A stretch of DNA of 62,799 nt, filler included, from Globobulimina sp. (taxonomy: Eukaryota), in NCBI GenBank assembly GCA_003354225.1. It is 13 parts of 13 records of this genome, joined end to end, with 100 filler letters (N's around TTAATTAATTAA, not from the genome) between each part and the next. Parts side by side here need not be neighbours in the genome. Positions count along the whole stretch, not along the records: positions 19,370 to 24,109 come from PIVH01000960.1; positions 24,210 to 28,948 come from PIVH01000961.1; positions 29,049 to 33,786 come from PIVH01000962.1; 10 more parts are not named here. The stretch is one strand, 5' to 3'. The translations under genes were made by a program, and so were the position numbers. Shown in pieces: positions 21,287 to 33,886 of the stretch; position 1 is the first letter of the stretch, and every line of letters begins with the position of its first letter. Under the pieces are notes generated by a model that made no database searches, was not told the DNA's origin, and saw nothing but the letters and a program-made list of their open reading frames with translations.

Positions 21287-24079
21287 TTATTTAATATACA
21301 TTGCTCTTTCAACAAAAATTGCATCAATGGGATCATCCATAATGCAAACAAAATAAACACCGCCTTCACTTGACGGCAATTTGTTTCCTTCATATACACA
21401 GTCATCATCGTTAAAGATTTTGATTGATTGCGTGTTATCTTCCTTCAACTTTATCAAAAATGTTATCCAATGGCCATGTTGGTAGTATTTTATATCCTTT
21501 TTCTCCACAGTTCCAAAAGCGTGAATTGCGCCAAACCCCGAATCCCAAAAACCAAACGCTTTTGAGGTACCAATCAGTTTTTGTCTCCCTCCATAATATA
21601 ACAAAGCATTTTCTTTTCTTTCCACAGCTTCTTGCGCTTCAAACACATTTTCAGCCACCACACCAATCCACATTTCGTCTCCTTTGCTCATCACATAGCA
21701 GTTAATTAAAATTGTATCGACATCCTCCATATTCAGAGTATATATCAATTGCTTGCTTCGAATATTAAGGAAATCTTTTGTTGCAACACAGAATTTTATC
21801 ACAGAATCATTGGATTCATATTCGATTTCATCCAAATGCTCGAAGGAAATGCTTGTGGCTAAAAATGACATTATAATTCCAACAATTTTGTCATTCTCAA
21901 TGTCATAATATAACAGACAACAATATTCCAACACAGATTCATAATTACAATAAAAAGATTCATTCGCATAATATGTATACATAGCAATCATAAAAAATAT
22001 GTCAAACTCCGTATTGATGATATTTGTGTTGATATAATGTTTGAATGTTTCATGCTTTTCCTCTTCGAACAGCTTTCTCTTTTTAAATCCCGCCAATTTT
22101 CTTTCCATCAAAGTCTCCCCATCCTCCTCCACCACATTTTCTTTGTCATCCACAAACAATTCAGATGCCACATTTTGGTGCGCTGCTCGGTCATTGTGGT
22201 GGTGATGAACTTTGATATCCAAAAAAGTAGAAACAGTTTCTTCCAAAATAAAGCAAAGTTGTTTGATGTCAGGAATTAAACGCGGTGGTTTTAATCTTGT
22301 TGTCGGTGCTCTGGTGATGCTCGAATCCGACTCAGTGATTATTTGAACCAAATAAATGGTGCTGGCTAAACCTACACAAATCACACGCTGTTAATTGCAA
22401 CATTCAACATTCAACATAAATATACAAAGTGACATACGATCCCAGAATTCATCATTTTTAATTTTAGCCACTTTCCTGTTTGCTTCATCGCAGAATATCA
22501 TCATAAATGAGCTCCAACGGCTTAACAAATCCATTGCTTGCTGAGGAATATAATCCGCATTCTCCAATTTGCTTAAAACATTGACAATATTCGATTCAAT
22601 TATGGATGGTGGATAATATTTATTTATCCATAATTCTATCAACGCATAACATGTTTGAATATCTTGCAACTGTGAAACATCACCATTTGATTGAATATTA
22701 TTTATTTTCTGTGTTACTAAATGTTGCATAGAATCGCAAGTTTCATCCCATTTATTTATGTCTAAATAGCCTTCATTCTCATCAATATGATGGATTGTAA
22801 CAAAGTGGTCATTCCACTCGGACGCAGATAGCAAATGTACTGAGTCTGCAGATGACTGTGTGTCATGTGTCTGATTAATATTTATATGTCGCATCATTGG
22901 CAATAAAACTTTGTATTTGAAACTGCCGATAAATCCTTCATTTATATTGATTGTAATTAGTGAATCTCGCAGAAAATGTTTGTTGTACTCTGTGGAGTAT
23001 AGATTTCGAATCGTATTTGGTAATAACTCCGTGACTATAAACTGAATTCCTGTGAATGAATCGAGTGCTAACAGCCGCATTGAATTTAATTTCCAGCCGA
23101 ATTTGAGCCAACTTTCGAATTTCATCGCATTAATTACCTCATTCTTTAAAAACTCATTGGATTTGTTCAATATGTCACTATTTTGTGGGTCCAGATATAA
23201 TATATCAATGTGAGTGGCATCCGGATCCCGATAAATGGCACAAGTAAAATAATGAATAGCGGCACCAATCAAAAACACTTTATAATTCTCATGTTTTTTC
23301 ACGAATTTCTCATTGAAAAAAAACTCTAAATAATCAATTGTAGTCAGTGGTAAATGGTTTCTTCGCAATGAAGAATCATTGAACTCCATCAAATTGATGC
23401 AATCATATAAATATTTGAAGCCATATTTGTTTGCAACACAGTCTGTATTATATATTTCTGGATATTCATCTTTTATATTTCCATCATTGTACACCATTTG
23501 GAGTTGGTGTGTTGCTGAATCATTATTTTGTAAATACTGTAAATATGACCTTTCAAACACGCCGGATCGAATATGCTCTTTTGTCCATGGCTCTGCATAC
23601 TTTCTTCTCCCACACTCATTGAGCAGTTGCTGCATTATTTGCTCTTTGAAGTTTAAAAAAGATTCATTAGATCGCAAATCGTGTAACAGTTGTTTTACAA
23701 TGATATCCTTTGCATTATTGAATATTTGGTTCATTTTAGATGCGAAATAAATGGCATAATAGCCACAGGACTCATCGCCATCCGATTGCTGTGCTACTTC
23801 AATCTGCGTAATTCTTAAAGTCATAGTTTTAGAGTGTGATACTGATACATTTGACACATTTGTAGATATAATCTTTCCTCCCGATTGCAGCCATAACTGA
23901 AGCAGCAAAGATCCTTTGTATTCTATGTGATCGTTGTCAATCATGGATTTCTCTTTCATTGCAATTGACCGTTTCTCTTCTTCATTTCCAGAGTGTGCTC
24001 GGTGCTGAGAATCAGAAGTTACTCTTGCAATCTTGACAGGTTCGTTTTGGCTTTTTTGAGTTTGCTGACAAGCACCCAT
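21287..24079 (-). CDS. Putative papain-fold cysteine peptidase plus C-terminal SPRY-like domain; 2 exons
   Basis: Intron 22372-22437 joins the two listed ORFs in frame (..FWDR|LAST..). Motifs: QQSDGDESCGYY, AIHYF, LYLDP. The C-terminal MWIGVV..YYGG..VYFVC region is SPRY-like. Starts MGAC. Confidence 0.6.
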
Positions 24080-24209
24080 TGCTGAGCTAAAAAACTTTAA
24101 ATAAACAAANNNNNNNNNNNNNNNNNNNNNNNNNNNNNNNNNNNNNNNNNNNNTTAATTAATTAANNNNNNNNNNNNNNNNNNNNNNNNNNNNNNNNNNN
24201 NNNNNNNNN

Positions 24210-24643
24210 TTTATCATTACCTTATTCATCAATGTGATGATTTTATGAGTAAATTTAAGCAATTTAACGATTCACAAATCAATTCAAAATCAAATATGTA
24301 TGATTTTGCACAATTAATTGATTTCAACTATTTAAAGGAAATAATGGAGCATATTTTAAATGATTCAAATAAATTATCAATGCTTTCAAAAGCAAATTGT
24401 ATCATTTCAAATGCAGAAAAGAATAACAATACATTTGACAGCAAGGAATTAGAGGTTATTGATCTAAATAGCAATAATAATAGCAAATTATATCCATTAT
24501 TAACTAAACCAATCATGATTGATATTGCTTGGAATTATGTGGATTATCATGATATACTTTCATCGCAAAAAAAGAAAAACGACAATCAACCAAAACAACC
24601 ACAAAAACAAGCTTCATGGTTTGGAGGTTTATTTGGCAAATAA
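24210..24643 (+). CDS. SRP68: Signal recognition particle subunit SRP68, C-terminal fragment
   Basis: KPIMIDIAWNYVDY followed by a terminal SWFGGLFGK matches the SRP68 C-terminus. Confidence 0.7.
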
Positions 24644-24767
24644 TCAAAAACAACTTGTACTCACTCGAAACTTTTTTATTTACTCTTTTGTCGGTTCGTA
24701 ATAATTACTGGCTTTGAAATATATGCTGCGATAAGAAAAAACAAACACATGCACATTTTTTATGAGA

Positions 24768-27130
24768 TTAGTCATAATCAAACCATATATGACATTTATC
24801 CTCGGGATTCATCGGAGTTCCTCTCGCGCATTTATAGGAATCCGCAAATCCTTTTTGATTTGTCACCATAGCATTTACTCTGGCAATTCTCGGCGAGTGA
24901 GACCTATAATATCCTGTCTCCATAACCTGGCCATAATAATCATCCCTCCAAACATCGCATCTCGTGTGAGCTTGTCCAATCCAAAATAATTTATCATGAC
25001 GAAAACCCTCAAATCCAGGCAAATCATATTCATCCAAATCATTTTCTAATTTATGAGATTTCTTATACGCAGTCCATGCTTCCTCCATTCCTGCGTTATC
25101 TGCGACGTTTTCCCCTCTTGAATTAAATCCATTTATGGAAACACCGGGTTCGATTTCAAAATTATCATATTCATCAATCACACACTGCACTCTCTCCGTA
25201 TACAATTGTCTGGTTATATTGCTCCACTGTATATGGTGTATATTGATGTCGATTGTGTTGTTTGTGCCCATTCAAAACATACCGTGTCTTGTTCATCGCC
25301 CTTCCAATCCCATAAAGAACCCGTTGGGTCAAAGCCATGTGAGATTTCATGGCCAATTACAAATCCAATACCACCGTAATTTATTGCGGCTGGATAATGT
25401 TCGTTGAAAAATGGTTTTGATGTAATTAACGCGGGGATTGCAAAATAATTCCCCCGGTCATCACCAGTTTTGGCAGGATTATAAAACGCAGAAATGCCAG
25501 TCAACCACGAAGGTGCTAAGGATGGCGAGTTAAACCGCGCAGGCCACGGCTCTACAAAATTTACATCATTTGTATCATAATCGTAAAATAGAGCCATTTT
25601 ATGCAAACTGTTGAAGTTTATTAACATTTCATAGTTGTTTACGAAATTGTCACTTGCATCAAATGTTAATTTGCCATAATATGTGTCCATTAATGTGATA
25701 TTACGCACACCGCTGGGCACACCAATATAGGTAAACATTTCTTGCCCCTTTCGAATCATTTCAAGTTTGGATGCGTCGTCAATCCATTCGGCCTCATTTA
25801 TCAATCGAACCAAACCTTCATCAATTATATCATCCACAAGTTCTTGCACCATATTCTGAGCTTCGATGTCATAATTTTTCGAAATGTATATATGTGCGTA
25901 TAAGAAAGCAAACGATGTTCTTGCTAAATCATAACAAAATTGTCTTCTATCTTCGCTCCGTGGCTGCTGAAAGGAGTCCAAACCATAAGCAAAAGAATGA
26001 TATAATACATCTGTGAATAGCCAGTATTGGACAATGAACGGTGGTGTCGATGCAATCAATGCAGATAAATTGGAATAAAATCGTGCATCATTTGGTATAT
26101 ACAATAAAGTATCGATCGCATTTAAAGCACCCATAGAAACATTAAAAGTGCCCAATATAATATCTGTATAATTAAGCACAGCGTTGGAACCAAATATATT
26201 GCCATGCATAAATTCATCAAAACTAATTGCTTCCAAATGATTGACAACTTCGTCAGTATCGCCATAATATGGAGCGGATATATTAAAGCTTGATACCTCA
26301 GACATAAACGCAACAACTAAGTCAGCGATTTGCTGCGATTCTTCTGCTGTTAAACCAAAATAAGTTTCATATAATGGAATATATACCGCTGTCATTTGTG
26401 TTCTCCATTCTGTGGCATTGAAACTATTCCAATAATTAAACTGTTGTAATATCAGAGGTGTATGTTGCTGGAAAACATCAATCTCAAATAAATCATTCCA
26501 ATCTCTTAAACCCAACCAACTTAAAGCTCGAGAAAGGCCGTTTGATGCATCTGAATCCCAGACAGTAGCATTAAAATTACCGTTTGTAAAGTTAACAACA
26601 TTTATAAACTCCTGCAATAGCACCGTAGTGGCAATCTCTTCTTCTTCCACAGTTGAGTCATAACATGATTTATAAAACGTTTTTATGGCAATAATACTTT
26701 GATGTGAATGCAATTCATCATCGTCATCGTATAAGAAATCTAAAAAATTGTCTCTGCGATCAGCGCCCATTACATTCATATTTGACCATTCAGTCGTCCA
26801 TTGTGGATATTTAGATAATTGATAACGATATTTCTCTCTAAATCCACCACAAGCATAGGCGAAAAAATCTTGACAGGGATCGGCTGAGACATTCATCCAT
26901 GATAATAAGCGTGATGACAATTCAACACATTCTGCAGTTAAACACACTCTGCTGGATGACGACGATGATTTACTCTCATTGTCTGCTACATAAACTATCG
27001 TAAAGATAGCCAAACCAACTAATACTATCGCTGTCGCAATAAAACTGTATAAGATACATCGCTGGTTTTTTTTTGCAATTGTAGAGCCTACCAATGGAGC
27101 GGCTTGGGTCTCAGCTGATTGATACTTCAT
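24768..27130 (-). CDS. M13 family (neprilysin/ECE-like) metallopeptidase, type II membrane; 2 exons
   Basis: TM anchor, DPCQDFFAYACG, GHEISHGFD, GENVADNAG and HSP..RVN. Intron 25227-25282. Confidence 0.95.
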
Positions 27131-27323
27131 GCGGATGAATTAAGAAAAAATGGGGATAAAAAAACGTCAAAAGTATAATGCTACCCAACACAAAAAAACA
27201 AGTACAAAGTAGAAAAGCATGCATATCAAACTGATTATATACACTCAATATTTGTGATGACGATGTGATCATAATGCTATATATGCGATTGTCCAATTCT
27301 TAATATATATTAATTTATTAATT

Positions 27324-28436
27324 ATGATTTTGTGTTGCGGGAATTCAATTGGAAGGTCAATTTACACCGTGGAAAAAGTAGATATCCAAACGAATATCGA
27401 AACTCATCTGAAAGTTAACAAAACAGACGAATGCAAAAAGCAGACACGAAGGAGAAGATTCAGCATTTCATCGGAAGCGTACGAGTTCAATGCACACGAT
27501 TTAGACAGCGATATTCTGCAAAAAGAAGATAAAACAGATAAAACCAATGGAAATGAAACGCCATTAAGTTATGACAAAATGAAAAAAGCATTAAATAAAA
27601 CCGGGTTTTTATCAGGTTTGGCACCCACACAACTCCGGGATTTATTGTCTAGAATGAAGAAAATCGAAATAAATAAAGACACAGAAATAATTCGTGAAGG
27701 CGAGTTGGGTGATAATTTTTATATCATTGAGTCTGGCATTTATGAGGCATGGAAAAAGAAATGCAGTTTATCCAAAAATAACGGTAATACTGGAAATGAT
27801 GCGACTTATTCACTAATTAACGACTATAATGATACAGATGATTTTGTAAAAACTTCTGTTGAATCTGAAAAAGACGAACTTTGTTTAAAAATGTACAAAA
27901 ACGAAGGATCGTTTGGCGAATTAACATTAATGTACAACTCGCCGCGCGCAGCTTCAATAAGGTCGAAAACGAAAGGTGTTTTATGGTCAATTGACAGGAA
28001 AACATTTAGGAAAACTATTGTATTATCACGGATACAGCAACTACAAAAATTTGAAATATTTTTGAAGTCAATACAACTATTTACGCATTTAAACGACATG
28101 CAAAGAAAAAGAATTGCAGAATCCATGAAATTAATAACGTTTTATAAGGACGAATATGTTATAAAATATGGAGAAACTGGAAATAGATTTTATATGATTG
28201 TTAATGGTACAGTCAATGTTATGAATCAAGAAAATGAGGTTATTACTACATTGGATAAAGGCCAATATTTTGGGGAAAGATCATTGATTACAAATGAACC
28301 GAGAAGTGCTTCTGTTCAATGTTCTTCCCAAATTGCTGAAATTGCAGTTATGTGTCACAAGCACTTTGTACGTTTGGTTGATGAAACTGCTATAAATTTG
28401 TTGAAACGAAAAATTAATTCATATCGTCAATCGTGA
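27324..28436 (+). CDS. PKAR: cAMP-dependent protein kinase regulatory subunit
   Basis: Inhibitor site RRFSISSE and two cNMP cassettes (FGELTLMYNSPRAAS, FGERSLITNEPRSAS). No obvious D/D domain. Confidence 0.9.
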   Translation: MILCCGNSIGRSIYTVEKVDIQTNIETHLKVNKTDECKKQTRRRRFSISSEAYEFNAHDLDSDILQKEDKTDKTNGNETPLSYDKMKKALNKTGFLSGLAPTQLRDLLSRMKKIEINKDTEIIREGELGDNFYIIESGIYEAWKKKCSLSKNNGNTGNDATYSLINDYNDTDDFVKTSVESEKDELCLKMYKNEGSFGELTLMYNSPRAASIRSKTKGVLWSIDRKTFRKTIVLSRIQQLQKFEIFLKSIQLFTHLNDMQRKRIAESMKLITFYKDEYVIKYGETGNRFYMIVNGTVNVMNQENEVITTLDKGQYFGERSLITNEPRSASVQCSSQIAEIAVMCHKHFVRLVDETAINLLKRKINSYRQS

Positions 28437-29048
28437 TTAAATTTGCTAAAACGTACGTGTTGTTAATTCATATTGGCAATCAACGTGGTACTCACTTGGA
28501 CCTTATTCTGAGATTAGTCAACTAAGTCAAGTAGAGTTGATTCTAGCTATTTTTGAAAACTTTAATTCTACTTACTTTCATGAGTCATGACTCCCACTCT
28601 CAACCTAAAGCAACAGTTTATCAATTTATTTTGCGGTTTAATTCAACTGCACACGATACAAAACACAAAATGAGCACATTCGCCTCGATCCATCGCCTCA
28701 ATTCGCCTCCGTTCTCAAGCAATTCGCCTTCGTTAATCAACAATTTACAAACAATTAACAATCAATGCAACGTTGTACAATTAACAATAATTAACAATAC
28801 AATTTAAAATAAAACTGTGCCCAATTGCTAATTGTTAGCAACACAGACATGTACACCCCGCCTGACTCAATGTATTTTTGTATCTCTTTGCGTAGTGCTA
28901 ACTCGCTGTACGTAGCACTGAAGCCGTTCTTCAATTCGGTCAGTTCGANNNNNNNNNNNNNNNNNNNNNNNNNNNNNNNNNNNNNNNNNNNNTTAATTAA
29001 TTAANNNNNNNNNNNNNNNNNNNNNNNNNNNNNNNNNNNNNNNNNNNN

Positions 29049-29492
29049 GGACCGTTGAAATAAATTTAAATCTATAAATATATTTTTTAATGAATCTTTT
29101 TTGTCGTTATATTCGCCAATGACAATAGTAATTATATTCGTTAATTTATTTAAATCACTATTACCACATTTAGGACATGTGATATTCATGCTTGCCATAT
29201 TTATATTTTTATTATTTGTGAAATTAAAACCATTTATAAATGACTGGATTGGTTTGGAGACATAATCGTCAAATATGTCATTAGTAGTCTCCTTTGGTGA
29301 ATATACACGATCGAAGGAGTTTTGTTTTTGTTTGCATGATGCTTGATTTGTTGGATGGATGCAATCGTTTCCGTCAATAGTCCATGCAATTTTACTTTTT
29401 GCATTCTTTTCTTTATCGTTTAATGGACGCACTCGCACTATTACTTTTACTGATGTAGATTCAGTAATTCCTTTCTTTTTCGTGCTTGCCAT
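29049..29492 (-). pseudogene. Truncated kinesin motor N-terminus fused to unrelated sequence
   Basis: VKVIVRVRPLN, SFDRVY and SFINGFN are present, but the expected TxFAYGQTxSGKT P-loop does not follow. Confidence 0.6.
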
Positions 29493-29561
29493 TTTTTAAA
29501 GATACTGTCTATTTTGAAAACCTTAATATAAGTGCACGGAGTAAGCGAGATATTTAGTTAT

Positions 29562-32285
29562 CTAACTGTGATAAAAACAATTTTGTATAAAAAGAAACAA
29601 ATACATTATATAATTATAAATTTGGCAACTTCCATAAACCTCGTACATGAATCGTGATTTTTTATTGTATACCGAGTATATTTTGTGAGAAAGAATTTCG
29701 TTGCGAGGTTTATGGATGTTGCCATTTGTTGTGTCATCTGAAATATCTGTATCATTGCTGACATCCGAAATATTTGAACTTGTCGTTAACAGTGAAGTCT
29801 GTTTGTTGTTGTTTGTATGCTTATTATGTTTCATATCATCCCCAGTTTTTGCGGGAGTGATAGAAATATTAATTTTTTGATGCTGTAACGATTTCTCCTC
29901 ATTCTCATCATTCCGATCGATATTTGTCCAATTCTCATCAAACACATTCAATTGAGCCATAACATTGACACTCACACTTTTATTATTATTATTTTCGAGC
30001 TCTTTATAACTACTCTCGTCCTTATAATTATTCTCGTGATACACCACATGGAATGATGGCAAATACGACAACAACAAATTACATATCGCTTTGCCAAATA
30101 TATTATTCAACAAATCAAATCTTATCTGCGTGGCTACTAAATTTATGTATAAATCGTGAATATCTTCGATCATTTTTTTCTCCACATTTGGAAATGACGA
30201 GTTATACGAAGTGAAATATAAAATTGAATTATAATGAATATGCGATGTAATTTTCGTGAATCTATAAATCGATGGACCCATACAAAGCAATGCGAATATA
30301 AACAATGTGTATAAAATGATAAAAATGTATTTCAATATCACGATATCTATGAAACTGTACACGAATAAAATGAATGGATACAATATAAACAATAGTTGCG
30401 ATACGAAATACAACGGCAAGATAATAAAAAACATGATCCATTTCAACGCCAACTCAAACTTTTTCCATTTAAAAAAACAACACTTCTTAGCATTGGTTTT
30501 GGATTTGGAATATTTCGTCGTCGCGTACCATTTCTCAATGATATTAAGGTGGTGGTACTTAAATATATTAAATCCGTTACACGAATAAAACCGCAACTCC
30601 TTCAAACTCACATCATTGAAAAAACAGCGTTGCAGCGACATTTCCAAGTAATTGTACAATTTCTTGGACTGCCGATGTTGCGATAAAATATAATTAATAA
30701 CACATAGCCGCATCAATAAATCCTTATCCCTCTCCCATGGGATGTCCCTTTCTTTGATCCACAGTCTCTGATTATATTTCTTTTTTTTCCTATCCCCTCT
30801 CGTCTTATATCCAGCATTGGCGATGGTATTTAGTTTAACTTCCAACTGCGTGGCATCTAATTGTGTGTTATCGCCCGTGGTACCATCACAACTGTCATAG
30901 CCATAATCATCTGAATGGATGCTGTCATCGCCGGATTGTATTATTTGTTCGTGGTATGAGCGAGACGGTGTATATGAGCGTCCCGCTGTGACTGCAGTCA
31001 GTGCAGTCGAAGGCGTATAGGGCGTATCGTGCATAACCATGGATTTATTGGACAGCACGAAATTAAAAACATATTCCCACAGATTCCAGTGTATGGAGAG
31101 GAAGCGCGAGGTATTGAATTTATTGATCATTAACGCAATCAACGAGAAACTAAATACTTCCAAACATAATATGATGAATGGCCATAATATTAACACTAAG
31201 CACGTGAATAGGATGAAAAAGATAATTTCTATGCAGACGTTGGAGGAGATGAATATTTGAATGAATTCTTTTAATTTGTTGTCTTTGGATCTGTTGAGCG
31301 ATGAAGAAATGTGATACGTCGACAGGTTATTAGAGTAACGGGAGGAGTTTGTATTGGATTTGTTGGATACATTTGATTTGTTGGACGCGTTGGATTTCGA
31401 TTTGGATTTGGAATGAGAGAGAGAAATGGAACGTTTTCGGCCGAAATTGGTTTTAATATGATTCCAGTTGTAATTTAAATCGATTTTATTGGAGATAAAC
31501 TGTATGGAAATGTACAACGCAGCGATGGATGTTATGAATAATAGCTTATAAATCCAGATAAAATTAAAAAATGAATGGTTGTAAGTGATGCAGGTGACGC
31601 AAGTCAAGAATTTAACGACATCGGCGATGATGCAGAGATAATTAAATATGAATAATTTGAAGTATATGCTATGACAAAATATGTAGAGGGAGAGTATGAT
31701 GGATAATAATGACAATAAAATGGATAAATAGCGGATAAAATAGGTCTCATTGGCCGCGGAAGGGGTCACGGTAAGGTTTATGACAATAAATAACTGCAAT
31801 AATAGCTGACAAAATGACTCTGACATTGACTCACAAATAAATCCAATATGTTTCTTGAAATGATTTTCGATGAATCGTCTCGTCGGATCTCTCTGTTGAT
31901 AGATTTGTGCTTTGTTCGCTTTGATTGCATCATTATTAAAATCTGAGTGTCGAATTTTTAACAATTTTAGCAAGTATTTGCTGAATTCATTGTCGTGTTG
32001 GGCTGAAAAATAAAATATAAATGGTAGACATGGCGAGATAGGAATTACTATAAAAATAATGATGCATGCAATGGTAAGGAATGAATTATAATTAAATCTG
32101 AATAAATAGACAAATAAACCGCAGTAGGATAGCTGCGTGAGAATTAAAATCGAGATTGAAATGTAAAAGTAAGTGTATTGTGCATGTAACCAAAATAAAT
32201 ATGTAATATACACATCACTAATAATATCGAGTAATGATACCAATATTGTCAACGCATTGAACGCAGTTTCCCATTTAACTGGCAT
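29562..32285 (-). CDS. Multi-pass membrane protein, XK-related-like
   Basis: LDIISDVY and ESFCQLLLQ (ESxPQxxLQ-like) with many TM segments. First ATG is at 32285. Confidence 0.65.
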   Translation of the reverse strand: MPVKWETAFNALTILVSLLDIISDVYITYLFWLHAQYTYFYISISILILTQLSYCGLFVYLFRFNYNSFLTIACIIIFIVIPISPCLPFIFYFSAQHDNEFSKYLLKLLKIRHSDFNNDAIKANKAQIYQQRDPTRRFIENHFKKHIGFICESMSESFCQLLLQLFIVINLTVTPSAANETYFIRYLSILLSLLSIILSLYIFCHSIYFKLFIFNYLCIIADVVKFLTCVTCITYNHSFFNFIWIYKLLFITSIAALYISIQFISNKIDLNYNWNHIKTNFGRKRSISLSHSKSKSKSNASNKSNVSNKSNTNSSRYSNNLSTYHISSSLNRSKDNKLKEFIQIFISSNVCIEIIFFILFTCLVLILWPFIILCLEVFSFSLIALMINKFNTSRFLSIHWNLWEYVFNFVLSNKSMVMHDTPYTPSTALTAVTAGRSYTPSRSYHEQIIQSGDDSIHSDDYGYDSCDGTTGDNTQLDATQLEVKLNTIANAGYKTRGDRKKKKYNQRLWIKERDIPWERDKDLLMRLCVINYILSQHRQSKKLYNYLEMSLQRCFFNDVSLKELRFYSCNGFNIFKYHHLNIIEKWYATTKYSKSKTNAKKCCFFKWKKFELALKWIMFFIILPLYFVSQLLFILYPFILFVYSFIDIVILKYIFIILYTLFIFALLCMGPSIYRFTKITSHIHYNSILYFTSYNSSFPNVEKKMIEDIHDLYINLVATQIRFDLLNNIFGKAICNLLLSYLPSFHVVYHENNYKDESSYKELENNNNKSVSVNVMAQLNVFDENWTNIDRNDENEEKSLQHQKINISITPAKTGDDMKHNKHTNNNKQTSLLTTSSNISDVSNDTDISDDTTNGNIHKPRNEILSHKIYSVYNKKSRFMYEVYGSCQIYNYIMYLFLFIQNCFYHS

Positions 32286-32336
32286 TACATTTAAAATAAC
32301 TTTTTTTTTTCTACTTAACACCTTACTAAGCAAATC

Positions 32337-33786
32337 ATGGCAAATTCCACAATAAAAAGCAAAAAAAAAATATCTGATATCGCATCAATGTTTGGAGGAA
32401 TGGCTAAAATGAAAAAAGTCAAAACCCCACGACATACAAAAAGATCTAAGAAAGAATTGGCCGCCCTTTACGCCAAAAAAATGGCCAAATTAAAGCATGT
32501 GGTTCGTACAAACAACAACAACACTGTCTATTCTTTGCGAAATTGCGTATGAATTCTACACATATACAATATAGGATGACTCAGACAAGAATTTATTTAG
32601 CCGAGCAATAACACCCGACAATGAATTCGAATATAAACTGCGCAAATATGAGAACCGACCGCCTTCGCCCATGCCGCCCAAATTAAACTTACCTCACAAC
32701 ATCTCCCCATTGGCATTGTCCTCCTCCACCACCACTATAATCACCTCCTCCTTCGACGAGAAAGCGCCTCGATCCCTCCTCGACTCTCACCATTTACAGT
32801 TAGTCCACGCCAACGACCATGACTTTATCAACCGCAATGTATCAAAAAACAATAAAAGCCGCGAAGAAATCGACTTAAATAGCTTGACCACACCGCATTT
32901 ATTAGCCTTACACGAAGAAGAAACGCATTCTGACGCATCCGACACACAGCAAACACCCACCATCTCCGCCAATGTGTCACCCAAAGGCTCTGCAAATATC
33001 ACCGATTTATCCTTAAATAAACAAATCCAAACTTCATACACCAGCCAAAGCAACGAAGACACTGAAATCGATGATATATCCTCATCGATCTCGCGAAGTA
33101 GCTCCGTAAATACCAACGAAAAACCCCCAGAACATCTCGACACCAAATCCATTGTCATACAAATCAATGACATACAAAAACACCAACAATATATAAATAA
33201 AAACGTTTCCGATGTTATAACACCGGAACAAGAACAGGAACACAGAGCAAACGTCAACGATAGCCGACGATCGCCGGTGTTGGAGGCCTTGGAGGCCGGT
33301 GACGCATTGGCTGCGTTAGCCGCCATTGGCTTATCTGGAGACGATACGAATGAGTCATCGTCAGATTTCTCCACCGAACATTCAGATACAGATTCATCGT
33401 CAGATTCGGACTCGGACACCGATTCATCGTCAGATTCTGATTCTGATTCTGATGCATCTGATTCTGATGGCGTAATGCCATTAAGTACGCCTATCAAAAA
33501 AAAGAAAACGTTTTCGGTGATCAGCAATATATCGTTGGATACGTCTGATGGAAACCAGATAAGTTATCGTGATTTATTTGACGATGACGGCGAATTAATG
33601 ATTGGTAAAATCACGACGCCGACATATAGGAAGAAACAAGAAATTAAGCGTAAGAGCTCCAAACGGGCCAAGACCGCCATTGCCAATAAACAGTGGAATT
33701 ATGATGAGCTGTTTGGAGAGAATAACGGTGAGATTGTAATCGGTGCATTGAAGACACCCAAATTCGCGAAAAAAAAAGAAATTAAG
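32337..33786 (+). CDS. Low-complexity S/D-rich hypothetical protein, spliced, 3' partial
   Basis: The first exon appears to join via an intron ending ..aatatag at 32574. Contains an SD repeat tract and a repeated YxxLFxxxGExxIGxxxTP motif. Confidence 0.6.
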
Positions 33787-33886
33787 NNNNNNNNNNNNNN
33801 NNNNNNNNNNNNNNNNNNNNNNNNNNNNNNTTAATTAATTAANNNNNNNNNNNNNNNNNNNNNNNNNNNNNNNNNNNNNNNNNNNN

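Noticed and set aside
19710-24079. Prokaryote-like three-gene operon
   Set aside because: Two of the ORFs are exons joined by intron 22372-22437, and the contig is eukaryotic.
28440-28948. Possible element terminus or minus-strand gene end after PKA-R
   Set aside because: Only short unidentifiable frames, and no terminal repeat can be verified.
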